A stretch of 64,000 nt of DNA from Octopus vulgaris (GCA_951406725.2 OX597836.1:5022001-5086000); one strand, 5' to 3'. Positions 27,955 through 42,527 are shown, numbered from the stretch's first letter. Notes: a model not told the origin generated them from the sequence alone. Program-made: numbers and translations.

Positions 27955-29290
27955 TAGTTGCATTATCGTATGAAATAGATGTTGTCGAAAATATCGTCCC
28001 AAAATAATTTGCAATTTTGTATGAAAGAATCCAACCGTGCTAAGATTCTCTGTGTCGTAAACAATGTTGAAGGGATAGTGAACAAGTAATATATTTTACA
28101 GAGCTTTATGCCTTGTAAGCTTACCAGATTTCAAAGTTTGACATTGTTTTCGAAAGAAAATAGTAGGGAAATTAAGGGAGACGTCGGAACTAGAAGCGAG
28201 GGGTGAAGCCTAGCGGCGGGACGGAAAGCGAGGTGAAGTGACGTCACGTCAAGAAGCAGAATCATATGACTAGCCTCCTTCTTCGTCAGGACGTGAAGGG
28301 CGATAGGTAGGTGGACGGGATCTCTTAGGGAGAGTCCGTCCCGGTTTGAGGTTGGGGTAGTGTACACGTGTGGTTACGAACAACGACTTCTGCTGATTAT
28401 TGCGAAGTGAAACCGTATACACTGTTCTGACTTCATATCGAGGTTAGAGTGTCCTTACTTTTTGACTTTCTGCTGCAAAAACACGTGGGATTATTAAATC
28501 ATCGCTTGAGGGTGATCAACATCTTTTCGTGATGCGAGTATTCACCGCTGCAGTATGGATGTTAATTTTGATGGAGTGGATGCTGCAATTATCATGTATT
28601 TGATTTCGCAAAGGGAAGTAGGAAGTTTTTCTAGGAAAGTGATGAATATCTTTTCATGCTGGTTCTCTGAGATACTCTGTGATGAAAGTTCTTCTGGTAA
28701 AGTCGAAAATCAGGCAAATGAATTCAAAATTGAAGGAGAAATACTTCTTCAATCCAACGACATTCTTATTTCTTTTCGAAGTGATTAGAATCGCGACACA
28801 TTCTCGCAGCGAGAGAAACACTTGAATATTTCCCGATTCAATTTTTCTTGAATAAAAGCAAATACGCTTTCTGCAGGAATTAAAGATGCATCTCTTCGGA
28901 GCAGGTTTTCTGCTCCAAATTTAATTGGTGCTAATGCTGATATAACAACATGAATGGCATTCAATTTATTGTCTGAGAAGTGAAAAACTTGCTTCACATC
29001 GATCATAATCTTTTAAGGAACAAGAGCCATGCTAACATCATAAATAAACCACTCCATCTTGTCTAACTATGATTCATTAATTGCAATTCATGAGCATGCC
29101 TTTCTTTAACGTAATTCTGAAATATTTCATTTTTGGATGGAAATATTACGAAACAAACTGACATCTCACATTTGTAATGGCATTACCAATGCTTCAATGT
29201 TCTTCATTTTAACAGTCCTACGCTACACAGAAGTTATTTTGCTGTGTTCCATTTACTGCCGATTGACAAATTTATAGATAAGATTCGTTA
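27955..29290 (-). pseudogene. Decayed hAT-superfamily transposase (catalytic and dimerisation region), interrupted at 28145-28483
   Basis: IFQNYVKE..ELQLMNHS*TRWSGLFMML..MIDVKQVFHFSDNKLNAI..ALAPIKFGAENLLRRDASL (TRWNS..ALCRRD-like); after the insert, LFTIPST..HTKLQIILG, resembling the degenerate hATC PTSV.SER.FS region. Confidence 0.7.
28145..28483. mobile_element. Putative solo LTR inserted in the hAT remnant
   Basis: 339-bp GC-richer segment bounded by TGTTTT...AAAACA (TG..CA, 6-bp inverted ends); contains GTGACGTCAC and CACGTG; no convincing TSD. Confidence 0.45.
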
Positions 29291-29319
29291 CCACAGAATC
29301 TATGTTCCAGCATCGTCTT

Positions 29320-29395
29320 CGGAGGCTGAGAGTAAAGCAGCTTCTTTGCAACAGCATGGCCTTTAGGTTTAGTGCCACTGTGCCACACATTGGTT
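29320..29395 (+). mobile_element. Decayed SINE type B head
   Basis: ggctgagagtaaagcagcttctttgcaacagcatggcctttaggtttagtgccactg aligns to ggctgtgtggtaagtagcttgcttaccaacccacatggttccgagctcagtcccactg of the 37594 copy. Confidence 0.55.
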
Positions 29396-29412
29396 CGTAT
29401 TTAATTCCTGCG

Positions 29413-29828
29413 CCTGTTTACGTTCCTGTAAATTGTTGCCATGTTTATGTCCCTGTAAACTGTTGGCATGTTTACGTTCCTCAGAAAATGTTGGAATGTT
29501 TATGTCCTGTAAACCGTTGGCACGTTCACCATCCTGTAAACTGTTCGAATGTTTACGCTCCTATAATCTGTTGGCATGTTTCTGTTCCTGTAAATTGTTG
29601 GCATGTTTACATTTCTGTAAACTGTTGGCATGTTCACGTTCCTGTAAATTGTTGGCATGTTTACGTTTCTGTAAACTGTTGGCATGTTCACGTTCCTGTA
29701 AACTGTTGGCATGTTCACGTTCCTGTAAACTGTTGGCATGTTCACGTTCCTGTAAATTGTTGGCATGTTTAGGTTTCTGTAAACTGTTGGCATGTTCACG
29801 TTCCTGTAAACAGTTGGCATGTTTACGT
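29413..29828 (+). repeat. 27-bp minisatellite, about 15 copies (consensus GTTCCTGTAAACTGTTGGCATGTTYAC)
   Basis: Direct tandem periodicity; gives 9-aa repeat ORFs on both strands. Confidence 0.97.
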
Positions 29829-30009
29829 CTTATGCGATGTAATAAGAACAAGACTTTAAAAAAAAACAATGAACAATGGCGGTTGATTCATTCGACTACC
29901 ATTTCTTCGAGATGATTCCGCATCATAGCAGTAGTGAGAAACCGTTTAATATTTTATGCATTGTAGAAGTTTATCCAATTTATAGTGAATAACTTTTAAT
30001 AACAAATAT

Positions 30010-30055
30010 CTTTATGGAGCCCCAAGCGTCATGCGGACCCCAGTTGAGAACCATT
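30010..30055 (+). mobile_element. hAT/Charlie-like MITE terminus
   Basis: gcggaccccagttgagaaccattg resembles the reverse complement of CAGTGGTTCTCAAC-type TIRs. Confidence 0.45.
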
Positions 30056-30799
30056 GTTCCTAATGAATAAGGACCTTTACAGAGTTACTCCTTCTTTTGA
30101 AACTTCACAGATTGTTTTGCCGTATTCTATTAACGCTGATTCCTCTGCGTTAAATAAAAATCGTTCTTCGGCAAAAGGAAATCCTTATGTCAATCTGAAA
30201 TGGCTTTTCTAATACTCGCACTTTTGGAAAGAATATTCTTGAAACATCCATCAATACAAAGTTATTTCGTTATTTCGTTATTTCTTCAAATTTCAGTCTC
30301 TGTCTCTATAAAGAAAGAGAATTTTTTATTTGTTTTTGTTTGTTTTCTTTCTGTGGGACATTTCTCTCCAAAGGAATTGCGTCCATTTCAGATGTAGTAA
30401 CTTCTGCTAGAACAGATTCGTGAACGATTTTTTCAATGATATGAAATCATTTTGTTGAGTCAGTGGAGCGGCTTTAAACGGTTTTGTAATTTATAGTTAC
30501 TTTTCAATCGATACAGTCAGGAATTCCGGGGAAATAAAATGCAATCCTGATAGTATAGAAGCTTACTTCGTTTTCGTAGACTGAGAATGACGTCACTGAG
30601 GTCTCACTAAACGACAAAAAAATATTTGACTAACAAACAACTGGATCATTTTTTCATCAGCAAAGCAATTGATCAGTTATTTGGTTATATATTCAATCAA
30701 TTGGTGAACAACAGAGGGATATAAGACGAGTGCGTTCGTTGTTGTTATTGTTTTTATTACTATTATTATTTTTGTTTTCGTCCACCAAACTTTGAAACC

Positions 30800-30876
30800 A
30801 TTATCATTATCATTATCATTATTATTAGTAGTAGTATTACTATTATTATTATTGTTGTTGTTGTTGTTGTTGTTGT

Positions 30877-30953
<77 letters not shown>

Positions 30954-31011
30954 TTATTACTATTATTATTATTATCATTATCATTATAATTATTAGTAGT
31001 AGTAGTATTAC

Positions 31012-31042
<31 letters not shown>

Positions 31043-31062
31043 GTTGTTGTTGTTGTTGTTGT
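30800..31062. repeat. Compound microsatellite (ATT/TAG/GTT/TAC) with an internal block duplication
   Basis: Block (attatc)n-tagtagtagtattact-(att)n-(gtt)n occurs twice around a (TAC)n tract. Confidence 0.9.
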
Positions 31063-31759
31063 AACAGTACTAAGGAATTCTTCGATTTCCATATTATTTC
31101 TTTGGTTAAGAATTGGACCTGACTGAATTCGCCAAAAAATTATCACAGAACGAACATGAAACATCTTTTTGCGTAGGTCGAGGCGCGTTAGTTTCAAACG
31201 TAGAACTAGACTTCATCTCAAAACAAATCTGAGATACTTCCTATCAACAATCTGGCTTTCTCCGTAATATGTTGGAGTTAAAATATTCTCAGCCTAAAAT
31301 GTTAGCAAGATTTGAAGTTATTAAATATAATCTACAATTCGAAAACTAAAATATAATTCACACCGATTCAAAAAAATAAAAGGAATAACATGCAACAAGG
31401 AAGCTCTTTGAAGGGCAACAAAATTATTTCTGAAATACAATCAAACACAAATATAACACAATTAAGACAAATTCTTCAATTTGTAGATCGTTTTCTGTAT
31501 TTAGGTGCTTTAACAGATATAGGCCAGAGGAATGAGTGACAGATAGATTGTCCTGAGTACAAGTGGGAATCGACAGGAATTAGGAGAAAGCTGCAATCGC
31601 AAATGGTATCTTCTAACGTATCATGTTAAATTGATAGCAGGCTGAGCGAGTACATGGGCAATATATGAGAAGATTGATTGGAGCATGGCACTAGGAATGA
31701 GTGGGGCGTGACAATAGAGAAGACACATCATAACACTGACGGAAACAATAAACAAACTA

Positions 31760-32110
31760 TTATTATTTTTTTTTATTTCATCTAGTTTCAGCATACGAGC
31801 TGTGACCATGCTGGGGCACCGCCATTTGGTGTTGCTAAATGATTTTACTTCACGAATACTTTTTAGCAATTGACATTTGGTGCATGAGAGAGTTTGATGC
31901 AGATGGCCTCATCTGCACCTCCTGCTGCGAAGTTGGTTCATCTGGGACACCTGACATGAAGAGGTCCAGCTTTATTTTGAAGATACCTACATCCACCCCA
32001 TGCAGGTCTCTCAGGTCCTTCGGGAGGATATTGAAGAGCTGTGGACCTCTGAAGCCCAGGCTATTGCAGTATATTGTCCTACATCTTGATGGCAAATTTG
32101 GAGTCCTTAC
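31760..32110 (-). pseudogene. CR1/L2-group LINE 3' end (ORF2 C-terminus, 3' UTR and A-rich tail)
   Basis: ORF 31850-32095 NSLGFRGPQLFNILPKDLRDL..FKIKLDLFMSGVPDEP, matching the R....WN.LP......FK..LD motif; then a short UTR and A/TAA tail. Confidence 0.85.
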
Positions 32111-32214
32111 TGCATAAGTGATACTGAAATATTTTGATAACAGCGCATGAGAAAAATTAATGAAGAACCATCAAAGTAAATTCATGAAGTTCAACAGAAA
32201 AAAATATATAATAT

Positions 32215-32550
32215 ATGAAGGATGGGAGGAGAAGCTAAGCACACATCAATGTCTACCCAGTGTTAACCATGATACGATAATATAATGACGGGAATGACAG
32301 ATTTGAGACTTTCACATACTTAAAATTATGTTAGTAAAAGTGATTTAAAACCATATACGAAGGCTCTAATCTGTGCTGTCTAAGAGCAAGCATTAAGAAC
32401 AAATTACATCAAATGCAGAATAGACAGCAAAACAGAAAGTGATAAGTGAAGAATCTGTAAACAAAATGGTGAAACTGTATGGCATATCATCAGGCAATGT
32501 ACACCAATGACCCAGAAAGAATATAAGGAACGTCATGACAACATAGCAGG
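32215..32550 (+). pseudogene. R4/Dong-like retrotransposon fragment (CCHC zinc-knuckle region)
   Basis: ALICAV*EQALRTNYIKCRID..*RICKQNGETVWHIIRQCTPMTQKEYKERHDNIA, matching CR.C....ET..HI...C......Y..RHD. Confidence 0.85.
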
Positions 32551-32648
32551 GGTTTTTGTTTGAAGACTTAAAATATGATATCTGGCCTATTTGCATCTAT
32601 CTTTCTCTCAATTTGAATAGTGAAGATCCAGAGGAGTGAGATGTGACC
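32551..32648 (-). pseudogene. R4/Dong-like endonuclease fragment, opposite orientation
   Basis: HISLLWIFTIQIERKIDANRPDIIF (LWDF.IQTD....ANRPDI motif) starting directly after a minus-strand (TAA)n tract at 32649-32836. Confidence 0.8.
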
Positions 32649-32682
32649 ATTATTATTATTGTTATTATTATTATTATCGTTA

Positions 32683-32716
<34 letters not shown>

Positions 32717-32721
32717 CGTTA

Positions 32722-32833
<112 letters not shown>

Positions 32834-33358
32834 CATTGCAATAGGAATACGATATTAAAGACAGCAGATAATTTCCATTTTTCCTTGTACAGCAACATTT
32901 CCTGTCAACCGGGAATCGTATAGAGGGAAAAGGCGTATGCTCCAATCGTAATTAAAATGCAATAATTCTAATATAAACTACCATTGTACAGGATATCCTT
33001 TTCATTTGGAAAACCGTAAAAGGATATTGGATATACTTAATATCTAATATCGTGCAAGTGTAATATCACAGAGATCATAAGGTTGACATGTCAATAAACG
33101 CATTTCAAATTTGAAATTCGAATTATGGGATACTTAACGACCACAATCAATTCTGATGATATCGACATTGATGTTTGGATTTGAAATTATGTCGTAGGAG
33201 AGGCTATATATACATATCGGCATTTGTACATACGTACATACATGGATAGCTATATACATACATATATACATGCATGCATGTATGCATTTATAAATATACA
33301 ATTGTGTTGACATATGTATGTATGTGTGTATCTGTATGTGTTCATGTGTGCATGCATG

Positions 33359-33389
<31 letters not shown>

Positions 33390-33460
33390 GAATGTTAATA
33401 CATACACCTGTATAAATGTATGAATTATATGTACGTTTATACATCTCTCTCTTTCTCTCC

Positions 33461-33516
<56 letters not shown>

Positions 33517-34769
33517 GTATGTATATGTATGTGTTTGTATATATATTTTTACCCGTCTCTCTTACAACACTGGCAATGTATTTATAAATGTTTGTATACA
33601 CGTGTATATACGCACAGACAAAAACACAGGCATGTTGAACAAGGATACATACGTACACCTATATATATATATGTGTGGGTGTGTGTGTGTGCGTATGCTT
33701 GTGTGTTTGTATGTATGTATGCATGTATGTATGTGTATATATATATACGCATCTTCATACATATATTTATGATCCATGGTGTATGAAACTAACAGAGGAT
33801 ATTATTACCAATTCCCTCTACGCACAATACTAAATATGTAATCAAAATATCAACTTAAAAGTCATTTAGAGGCATTAAAGCCACTCTTAGCACTCGATTA
33901 AATATAATTATGTGCCTTTTGAAAATTCGATGTTTTCATGAAATCCACCAGATTTTCTAACGGGAGACGTTATTGGCTTTCTTCCGAATATGCAACTGTA
34001 ATAGCATTCATTATCTTCAACCCATTGAGCTAGTTATGGAACAGGAACTCAATTTGTGGTAGTAAAATTTTGGATTTTATTTGTGCAAGATTTAATAGTA
34101 TGGTGCTATAAGATATCTTTATAAACTGAGGTACATTGTTGATTTTGACAAATGCTTCTCATCTGAAACTGTATTTATAATAAAGTAAGGAAACGGAAAA
34201 TGGGATTAATAAGATTATTTATTCAGCACAACGAGCCTTTCCACCCATTCTGCATCTCTTCCTTACGGTTGGGATATAATCGGCACACTACTTGACATAT
34301 TTTGTAAAGTTCAAATAATTACTTACACACACTTGCGCGCGCGCATTAATATATGTATGCGTGTTCCTTTGTTCATGCGCCTGCGTGTGTTTAGGCGAAA
34401 CATTTAAGGCAAAACTATCAAAAATCTAAAAGCAGAAATATGTGACGAGGAAAATGCATTTTTACGTGTAAAAACAAAAATGATGGACATTTTCCGTTTC
34501 ATTTTGAGCTCGTCATCGAAGCATGCAACTCATCAAACTTAGCGAAAATGAATTGAAAGATTTCCTATCAAATTTTATAACACTCTTCATGATCTTCTTT
34601 TGTTCTTTGAGCTCTCTTCTGGAAAGCACCTAAAGTAATCTTGCCTATTTGAAATTTTACAATAAAACTATAACATAAACCAACAATTGGGAATTTCAGG
34701 AATTTTAAATTACTTTTTGTAGTCGTATTGTCTTTGTAATCTCTTTGGTGGGAAGTAGTATGGCCTCCA

Positions 34770-35250
34770 TCTGATCTATCAAGCATTTTCAGACCTTTGA
34801 TGAGAGTGCAAGCCAGATTGGCAGGCCACTTCCTTTGAATGCCTGACATGCGATTCTACACTAAACAGTTTTACAGCGAAACGGTGGAAGGAAATACACG
34901 CAAGGTGGAAAGAAAATTCCCTTCAAGAAACACTGAAAACCTCACTGAAGCTTTGAGACCAACCTCGACATTTAGGAAAGCAAGCACGAAACCGCCTTGC
35001 TTGGCAAAGATGCACCAACAGAAGTCACACGTCCTACGAACAAAACAGGATCGGTGGGGGACATACAGAATGCAAATTGCGCAAGTTCAGAGCCAAAACC
35101 TTACCTTCAGTTTCAATAAACCCCCAGCCCCGGACGTGTGGCAGGGCTTTCCGAGCACACATCAGACTGATTGGTCAAAATTGGACACACCGTGCCCCGT
35201 CCTCTCCTCCCATGTGATGACTTTGGTCTTCGTCGACAACGACGGATGAA
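34770..35250 (+). pseudogene. RTE/BovB-like LINE 3' end
   Basis: RLAGHFL*MPDMRFYTKQFYSE (WAGH..RM.D.R.PKQ..Y.E), terminal TCGRAFRAHIRLIGQNWTH (degenerate C2H2-like), UTR ggtcttcgtcgacaacgacggatgaa. Confidence 0.8.
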
Positions 35251-35887
35251 TTGATCATACGATGCTATTTAGACTGGGCGTCATTATTCCAGTTCATTCT
35301 GCAACAATCTCCGGTTCGAGGATATTGTTTACTGTACCACAACCTCATGCGCTTTTGCTTGTATAATTGCTTAAAAGACTGCAAGCATTCGGACCAGATC
35401 TCACGTTTGAGAATATTTCTTCCGCTTCCTACTCCCAATCATAGAGGATGTAATAAAATTTAACGAGCCACCAAGCAGCCATTTCCAGTCACAGGACACG
35501 GTAAAGGCAGAAGTGTAAAAAGAGACAACCGCTAATTGGTATAAAGTGTTATATTCAGATAACAAGCCCTTGTCTCAGCAATTCTCCATCGCAATTAACT
35601 TACTATTTACTAAAACTTTATAACAAAATCTCCATATCTGTCTGATGTATTCCATTTATTACCAATAGTAATTCTGTCAACACATGGCAACAAAAGAATT
35701 ATCTCGAGGCGAAAATTGATGTAATATCAAATGTAATTTGCAGGCAACCGGGAGGTTATCAAGTTGAAAATAATTATTAAATTCTTCTTTATTTTTTAAA
35801 TTCTTTCTTACTTCTTACAATCATTGTTTGGTAAAGATAATGCAAATGAGAAACAGCTGAAGAGGAAATTGCATTGCAATTACTATT

Positions 35888-37205
<1,318 letters not shown>

Positions 37206-37593
37206 GTACTAATACGGGATGACTGCCGCAAGATTTGAGACAATCTCTCAAATTACCAAGTCAATTATTCACCATTATCGATTCGATAAAACTACATATT
37301 ATTTAGCACCATATATCAGATGCAAGCAGTTTGAATTCTTAAGATGAAGTGATATCCCTCATCCTCTCATTAGAAAATAATCCATTATTGTCGAAGACCT
37401 CACAAAAGTAGCCTCTACCCAGTTGTTTGTCATGCCAGTCATAGACGTTCGATTTCTAACATTGTCTTAAAACGAAATACATTATATATCGTTGTCTGTC
37501 GAAGTCAAATCAGTTAAGATGTATTCAAAGGGGGATTCCTTTTCGTTAAATAACAATTACACGGCAAATTCTAGTGTCTTATGCAACATCATA

Positions 37594-38018
37594 GGCGTAG
37601 GAGTGGCTGTGTGGTAAGTAGCTTGCTTACCAACCCACATGGTTCCGAGCTCAGTCCCACTGAGTGGCACCTTGGGTAAGTGTCTTCTACTATAGGCTCG
37701 AGCCGAATAAAAATTTGTGAGTGGATTTGGTAGGCGGAAACTGAAAGAAGCCCGTCGTATATATGTATATATATGTGTGTGTGTGCGTGTGTGTGTGTGT
37801 GTTTGTGTGTCTGTGTTTGTTCCCCCAACATCGCTTGATAACCGATGCTGGTGTGTTTACGTCTGCGTAATTTAGCGGTTCGCCAAAATACCCCGATAGA
37901 ATAAGTTACAGGTTTACAAACAATAAGTCCTGGGGGCGATTTACTCGACTAAAGGCGGTACTCCAGCATGGCCACACGCAAATGACTGAAACAAGTAAAA
38001 GAGTAAGAGGGTAAAGAG
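37594..38018 (+). mobile_element. Full-length CORE-type tRNA-derived SINE type B (resembles described octopus OR-type SINEs)
   Basis: ggcgtaggagtggctgtgtggtaag A-box; ggttccgagctcagtccc B-box-like; CORE-like accttgggtaagt; internal (TA)(TG) microsatellite; tail ggcggtactccagcatggcc..tgactgaaacaagtaaaag. Confidence 0.9.
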
Positions 38019-38305
38019 CATTATCCGCCTCACAGCCGCTACCAAAAGCCCCGCTCCACTACCATCACCACCATCACCAGCTCCAGCAGCAGGAGCAGAA
38101 GCAGCAGCAGCACCACCACCACCTCCACTGCCAACACTACCAGCACCGCCACCACTGTCACAAGCTCCACTACTACCACCGCCGTGGTCGAAAAACATTT
38201 ATCACCATTTGAATACGGAGCTCGAAAATATCTACTTAGGCACTTCCTTTCAAAATTGCTGGTTTTGTGCCTAAACTAGAAGTAATTATATCTAACTGTT
38301 GAAAG

Positions 38306-38520
38306 AGGAGCGCGTGACTGAGCGGTTAGGCGGTTGGAATCCTCATCGTAAGATTGTAGCTTCGATTCGAGGACTAGGAGATTCGATTTGTTCTTGTGCA
38401 AAACACTTCGTTTCACATTACATCTGTCCACTCGGCTGGCAAAACTTAGAAATCATGCAGCGGACCGGCGTCAAGTTTAATGCCGGAAAACCAGCCTTGT
38501 GAGCATATGGTTCGGAAAGA
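38306..38520 (+). mobile_element. SINE type C
   Basis: ggagcgcgtgactgagcggttag, cttcgattcg, tgttcttgtgcaaaacacttc, gtccactcggctggcaaaa, gcagcggaccggcgtc. Confidence 0.75.
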
Positions 38521-39907
38521 GCCTTCGATTCTGTTTTTGAAAGAGAAGTTGAGATACTTTAGATGTGTTCTTTGATAGAGACTATGCTCGTAAAATATCC
38601 GGGATGGCCACGGCGGAGTTGTATTTCATTAAACAGGATTAAAAAAGGAAATATAACAAAAACATGCATTTCCAGCCACCGACTAAAACTCTTTGATGCA
38701 TACATTTATAAACCATCGAACGATATCATGCATGTCCTACCTATTAAAATGGTTACTGAGGACCACAGGGAGCGAAAACAAATGAGGTACTTAAGCGACG
38801 TCGATATAAAAAATTATGCAAGTTTCCGAGAAAATTATCAACCAACATGTATGTATGTGATTGCGCATGTCTGCGTGTGCAAGTAGCTATGCACTGGTAC
38901 GTAAGAATTAGTATGGCATGCGTGTCTGTGTATAGGTATGTGGAAAGAAGCACGACAAAGCTAAACATGGGTGCATTTTAGTGTGTATATATGAAGGGTG
39001 GGTAGGCGAGGTGAGTAGTGATTAGCGTTTGATAATGTTGGAAATTTATGCGTTTTAGTGGCCAAAAATGATTGATCTTTTAATATAATAGATAGTGATC
39101 TGCGCGTCTGTAAAATGCGTACATACCAACCCCAATAAGGACTAAGAACTACTAAAATCTATATCAATTTTATCAAGAGAAATGGTACATTATATAACTA
39201 CTGTATAACTACTATATAGACATAGTGTTGTAAAGCCTTTTAAACTTAATTTTCCATTATAGAAATGGACAGAAATTGCTTGTAGTTCCTGAAGAGCCAT
39301 ATAAAAATATATGAGATTGGTTCAATCAAGACACAAAAATAAAGTATGTCTATTCTCGTGTGATGCGAATAAATGTTATATATCATCAAAGAAGTGGCAA
39401 ATAAACAAACTGGCTTTTGTGAAAATCCAGTGCCTAGATGGGATCTATACCATATGATTCTCATCTCTCCACTTACGCATCAACGAGTTACACAATTATT
39501 GTTAAGAGCTTTCTCCCGAGCGTCTTACACCAACACGGCAACTGATTACGTCGTAAGCCCAAAAAGAAAAATAAAGAATCAATTTATCAATTAATCAATA
39601 AGCATAGGAGTGAGGTGAATACAGTAAAAATAGGCGGAGGGTCAGTAAGGCCAGATTTAAGAGGCCCTTCAGATATTGACCCTTCTTGTGATACTCCCTG
39701 GGGGTTCAGAGTATGAAACTCATTGTCATTGCTTCATTTGGTTGCCAATACCATGTATTTATTTTAAAACGCAGTAAAAATAGGGGTATCAGCGGGCCCC
39801 AATTAAGCGGCTCTTTAAAAAATAGACATCCCCCTTTGGACATTCCCTGGGAATAGGAGTTAATGAACATAAAAACGTAACAGACAAAGTAACAGCACTC
39901 AAATTTA

Positions 39908-39946
<39 letters not shown>

Positions 39947-40001
39947 CGAACTTGTTTAAGTTTCTCTTTGCAAAAGTAGAAGGCAATTGATAAAGATACC
40001 A

Positions 40002-40070
40002 TGCAGTGGAACGGAACCCGGTACGATTTTGGTTGGAAAGCAAACTTCTTACTACACAGCCACGCCTGCG
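40002..40070 (-). mobile_element. SINE type B head fragment
   Basis: gcagtggaacggaacccgg..ggttggaaagcaaacttcttactacacagccacgcctgcgc. Confidence 0.75.
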
Positions 40071-40574
40071 CGTGTGTGCATGAATAATTTCAAATTAAAG
40101 AGAAAAGATCGCGAATAATTTTCAAACTGTACAAGTTTAAGCAGCAGAAACTACTTAAGAATACATTAAGGTAACTTAACATCAGTCTTACAAGAAAACC
40201 CCATATCCATATCCCTCCCACGCCACGCATAAACGATATCAATACAACGTCTGGTTTGCTTGATATATTCCTAATTTCTTCTCGGTTGACTTTTAAATTG
40301 GCACTCGTAAACCGTGAACACATACTGTCTAAAAGAAAGCAATTATCTGATAGTAAACTCAATGTAATTTAAATAAACCAATAGCGCTTCTGGTTCTGGT
40401 AATCCTGGTGATATTGCGTAAAAATTAAACACGTATACACGTACTCGCAACACCCAGATACGTATACAGACTCAAACACACGCGCCGACGTAGATACACA
40501 TACACGTCCATATTCGACTGTATGCAAGGACACTGATCCTTCTAGAGTGTACTACCCGCATATAAATATACATA

Positions 40575-41095
<521 letters not shown>

Positions 41096-41546
41096 ATGCA
41101 CACTAGGTCATATACTTTGTATGCGTATACGTGTGTACCTTAATCACCGATTACATCGTCTCAGTGCACGCATTTGGACAGAAATGTCTACATGTCTAAA
41201 TGTGCGAAGCAGTTAAAGGGAGATAAATCAATACGACTGTAAAAAAAGCCATCAGGCGACTGACATCCATTCACTTTCGAATTTTGTAATTTGTTGACTA
41301 AATGTTACATCAGGTGTGCTAGCATAACACAGACTAATATCTCTTTCAGTAATTGTAATCGCATATTTGAATATAAGTAAAAGAAAGCAGAGGTTATAAA
41401 ACACAGCAATTGTCTGGATGTGATATCGTTTAAGTAAGTTACTGATTTCAATAGAGTTATAGTGTTACGTATGGAAATATCCTCGAGCTATATTAAAAAC
41501 ACTGATAGAGCAGGAATTTATGTGTTCACCCGGCAGTATTGAATAA

Positions 41547-41766
41547 GGTGGCGAGCTGGCAGAAACGTTAACGCGTTGGGCGAAATGCTTACGGGTAGTT
41601 CGTCTGCCGTTACGTTCTGATTTCAAATGCCGCTGAGGTCGACTTTGACTCTCATACTTTCAGGGTCGATTAAATAAGTTCCAGTTACGCACTGAGGTCG
41701 ATGTCATCGATTTAGTCCCTTTGTATGTCCCGTCTATGTTTAGCTCCCTGTGGGCAATAAAGGAAT
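41547..41766 (+). mobile_element. Full-length SINE type A
   Basis: Matches the 16596 copy; possible TSD tattgaa near both ends. Confidence 0.9.
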
Positions 41767-42309
41767 GTATATTGAAATTTTGTTCTCGGCGTTTTCGCCG
41801 CAATAAGTGTAAATTTAAATGATTTAATCATCATATTCTAATTGTTTTGACTTTGATTAAAGACTTGCTTATTTAATGCTTTTATAAAAAATTTAATATT
41901 CTGGGTTTTTTTTTTCATTATTATTATTAGTTTTATAATAATTATATTTCACGCTTTATTTTACGGTGAATTTTCTGGACATGATATTGGAAGATGAATT
42001 TGTCTCAAGTTATATTCAGTAGCTTTTATTTTATCGGGAGTAGAATCAACGTGCATGACCCTATTTGGTGTTTCTGAGACTTGGGTGCTGCAGAGGAGGG
42101 TATATTTGGACCTGATGTTTCTTTCGAATTTGTGTAACAGTGTGACTACTCTACCCAAAGCACCAAAGTTGTCCCAGAGGTGATGTTAATCCTGGTAACA
42201 AGCTAAGAGGTTCAAGACAGTACACAATCATTAGGTGTAAATAACTATAAGGATTCTATCCGGCGTTCTGACGAATCTGCCATTTTGCCGTGTTCTTTAC
42301 TAAAATAAC

Positions 42310-42527
42310 AGTCCTTTCTACTATAGGAACAATTCTTCAAAATTTGTGGTGGTGTTGTCAAGTCAATTACGTCGACATCAGTGTACCACTGGTACTTCAT
42401 TTATCGACCACGAAAGGATGAAAGGTAAAGTTAACCTTGGCGAAATTTGAAATCAAGACATTAGTGGCAGACGAAATACAGCTAAGCATTTCACCCGGCG
42501 TACTAACAATTCTGCCATCTCGCCGCC
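42310..42527 (-). mobile_element. SINE type A (alternative 3' tail) next to (TAA)n
   Basis: cctttctactatagg..tttatcgaccacgaaaggatgaaaggtaaag..ttctgccatctcgccgcc. Confidence 0.85.

Noticed and set aside
29302-29915. ORFs with 9-aa Cys/His repeats (VPVNCWHVH), and a possible CRISPR-like array
   Set aside because: Several frames on both strands are open because the 27-bp unit lacks stops; the units are contiguous with no unique spacers, so it is not CRISPR
37594-37670. tRNA gene candidates at SINE heads
   Set aside because: A/B boxes are present but there is no intact cloverleaf, and the heads run into repeated SINE bodies
37941-38198. Gly/Ala-rich ORF
   Set aside because: Derived from a degenerate (CCA/GCA)n tract running into a SINE tail
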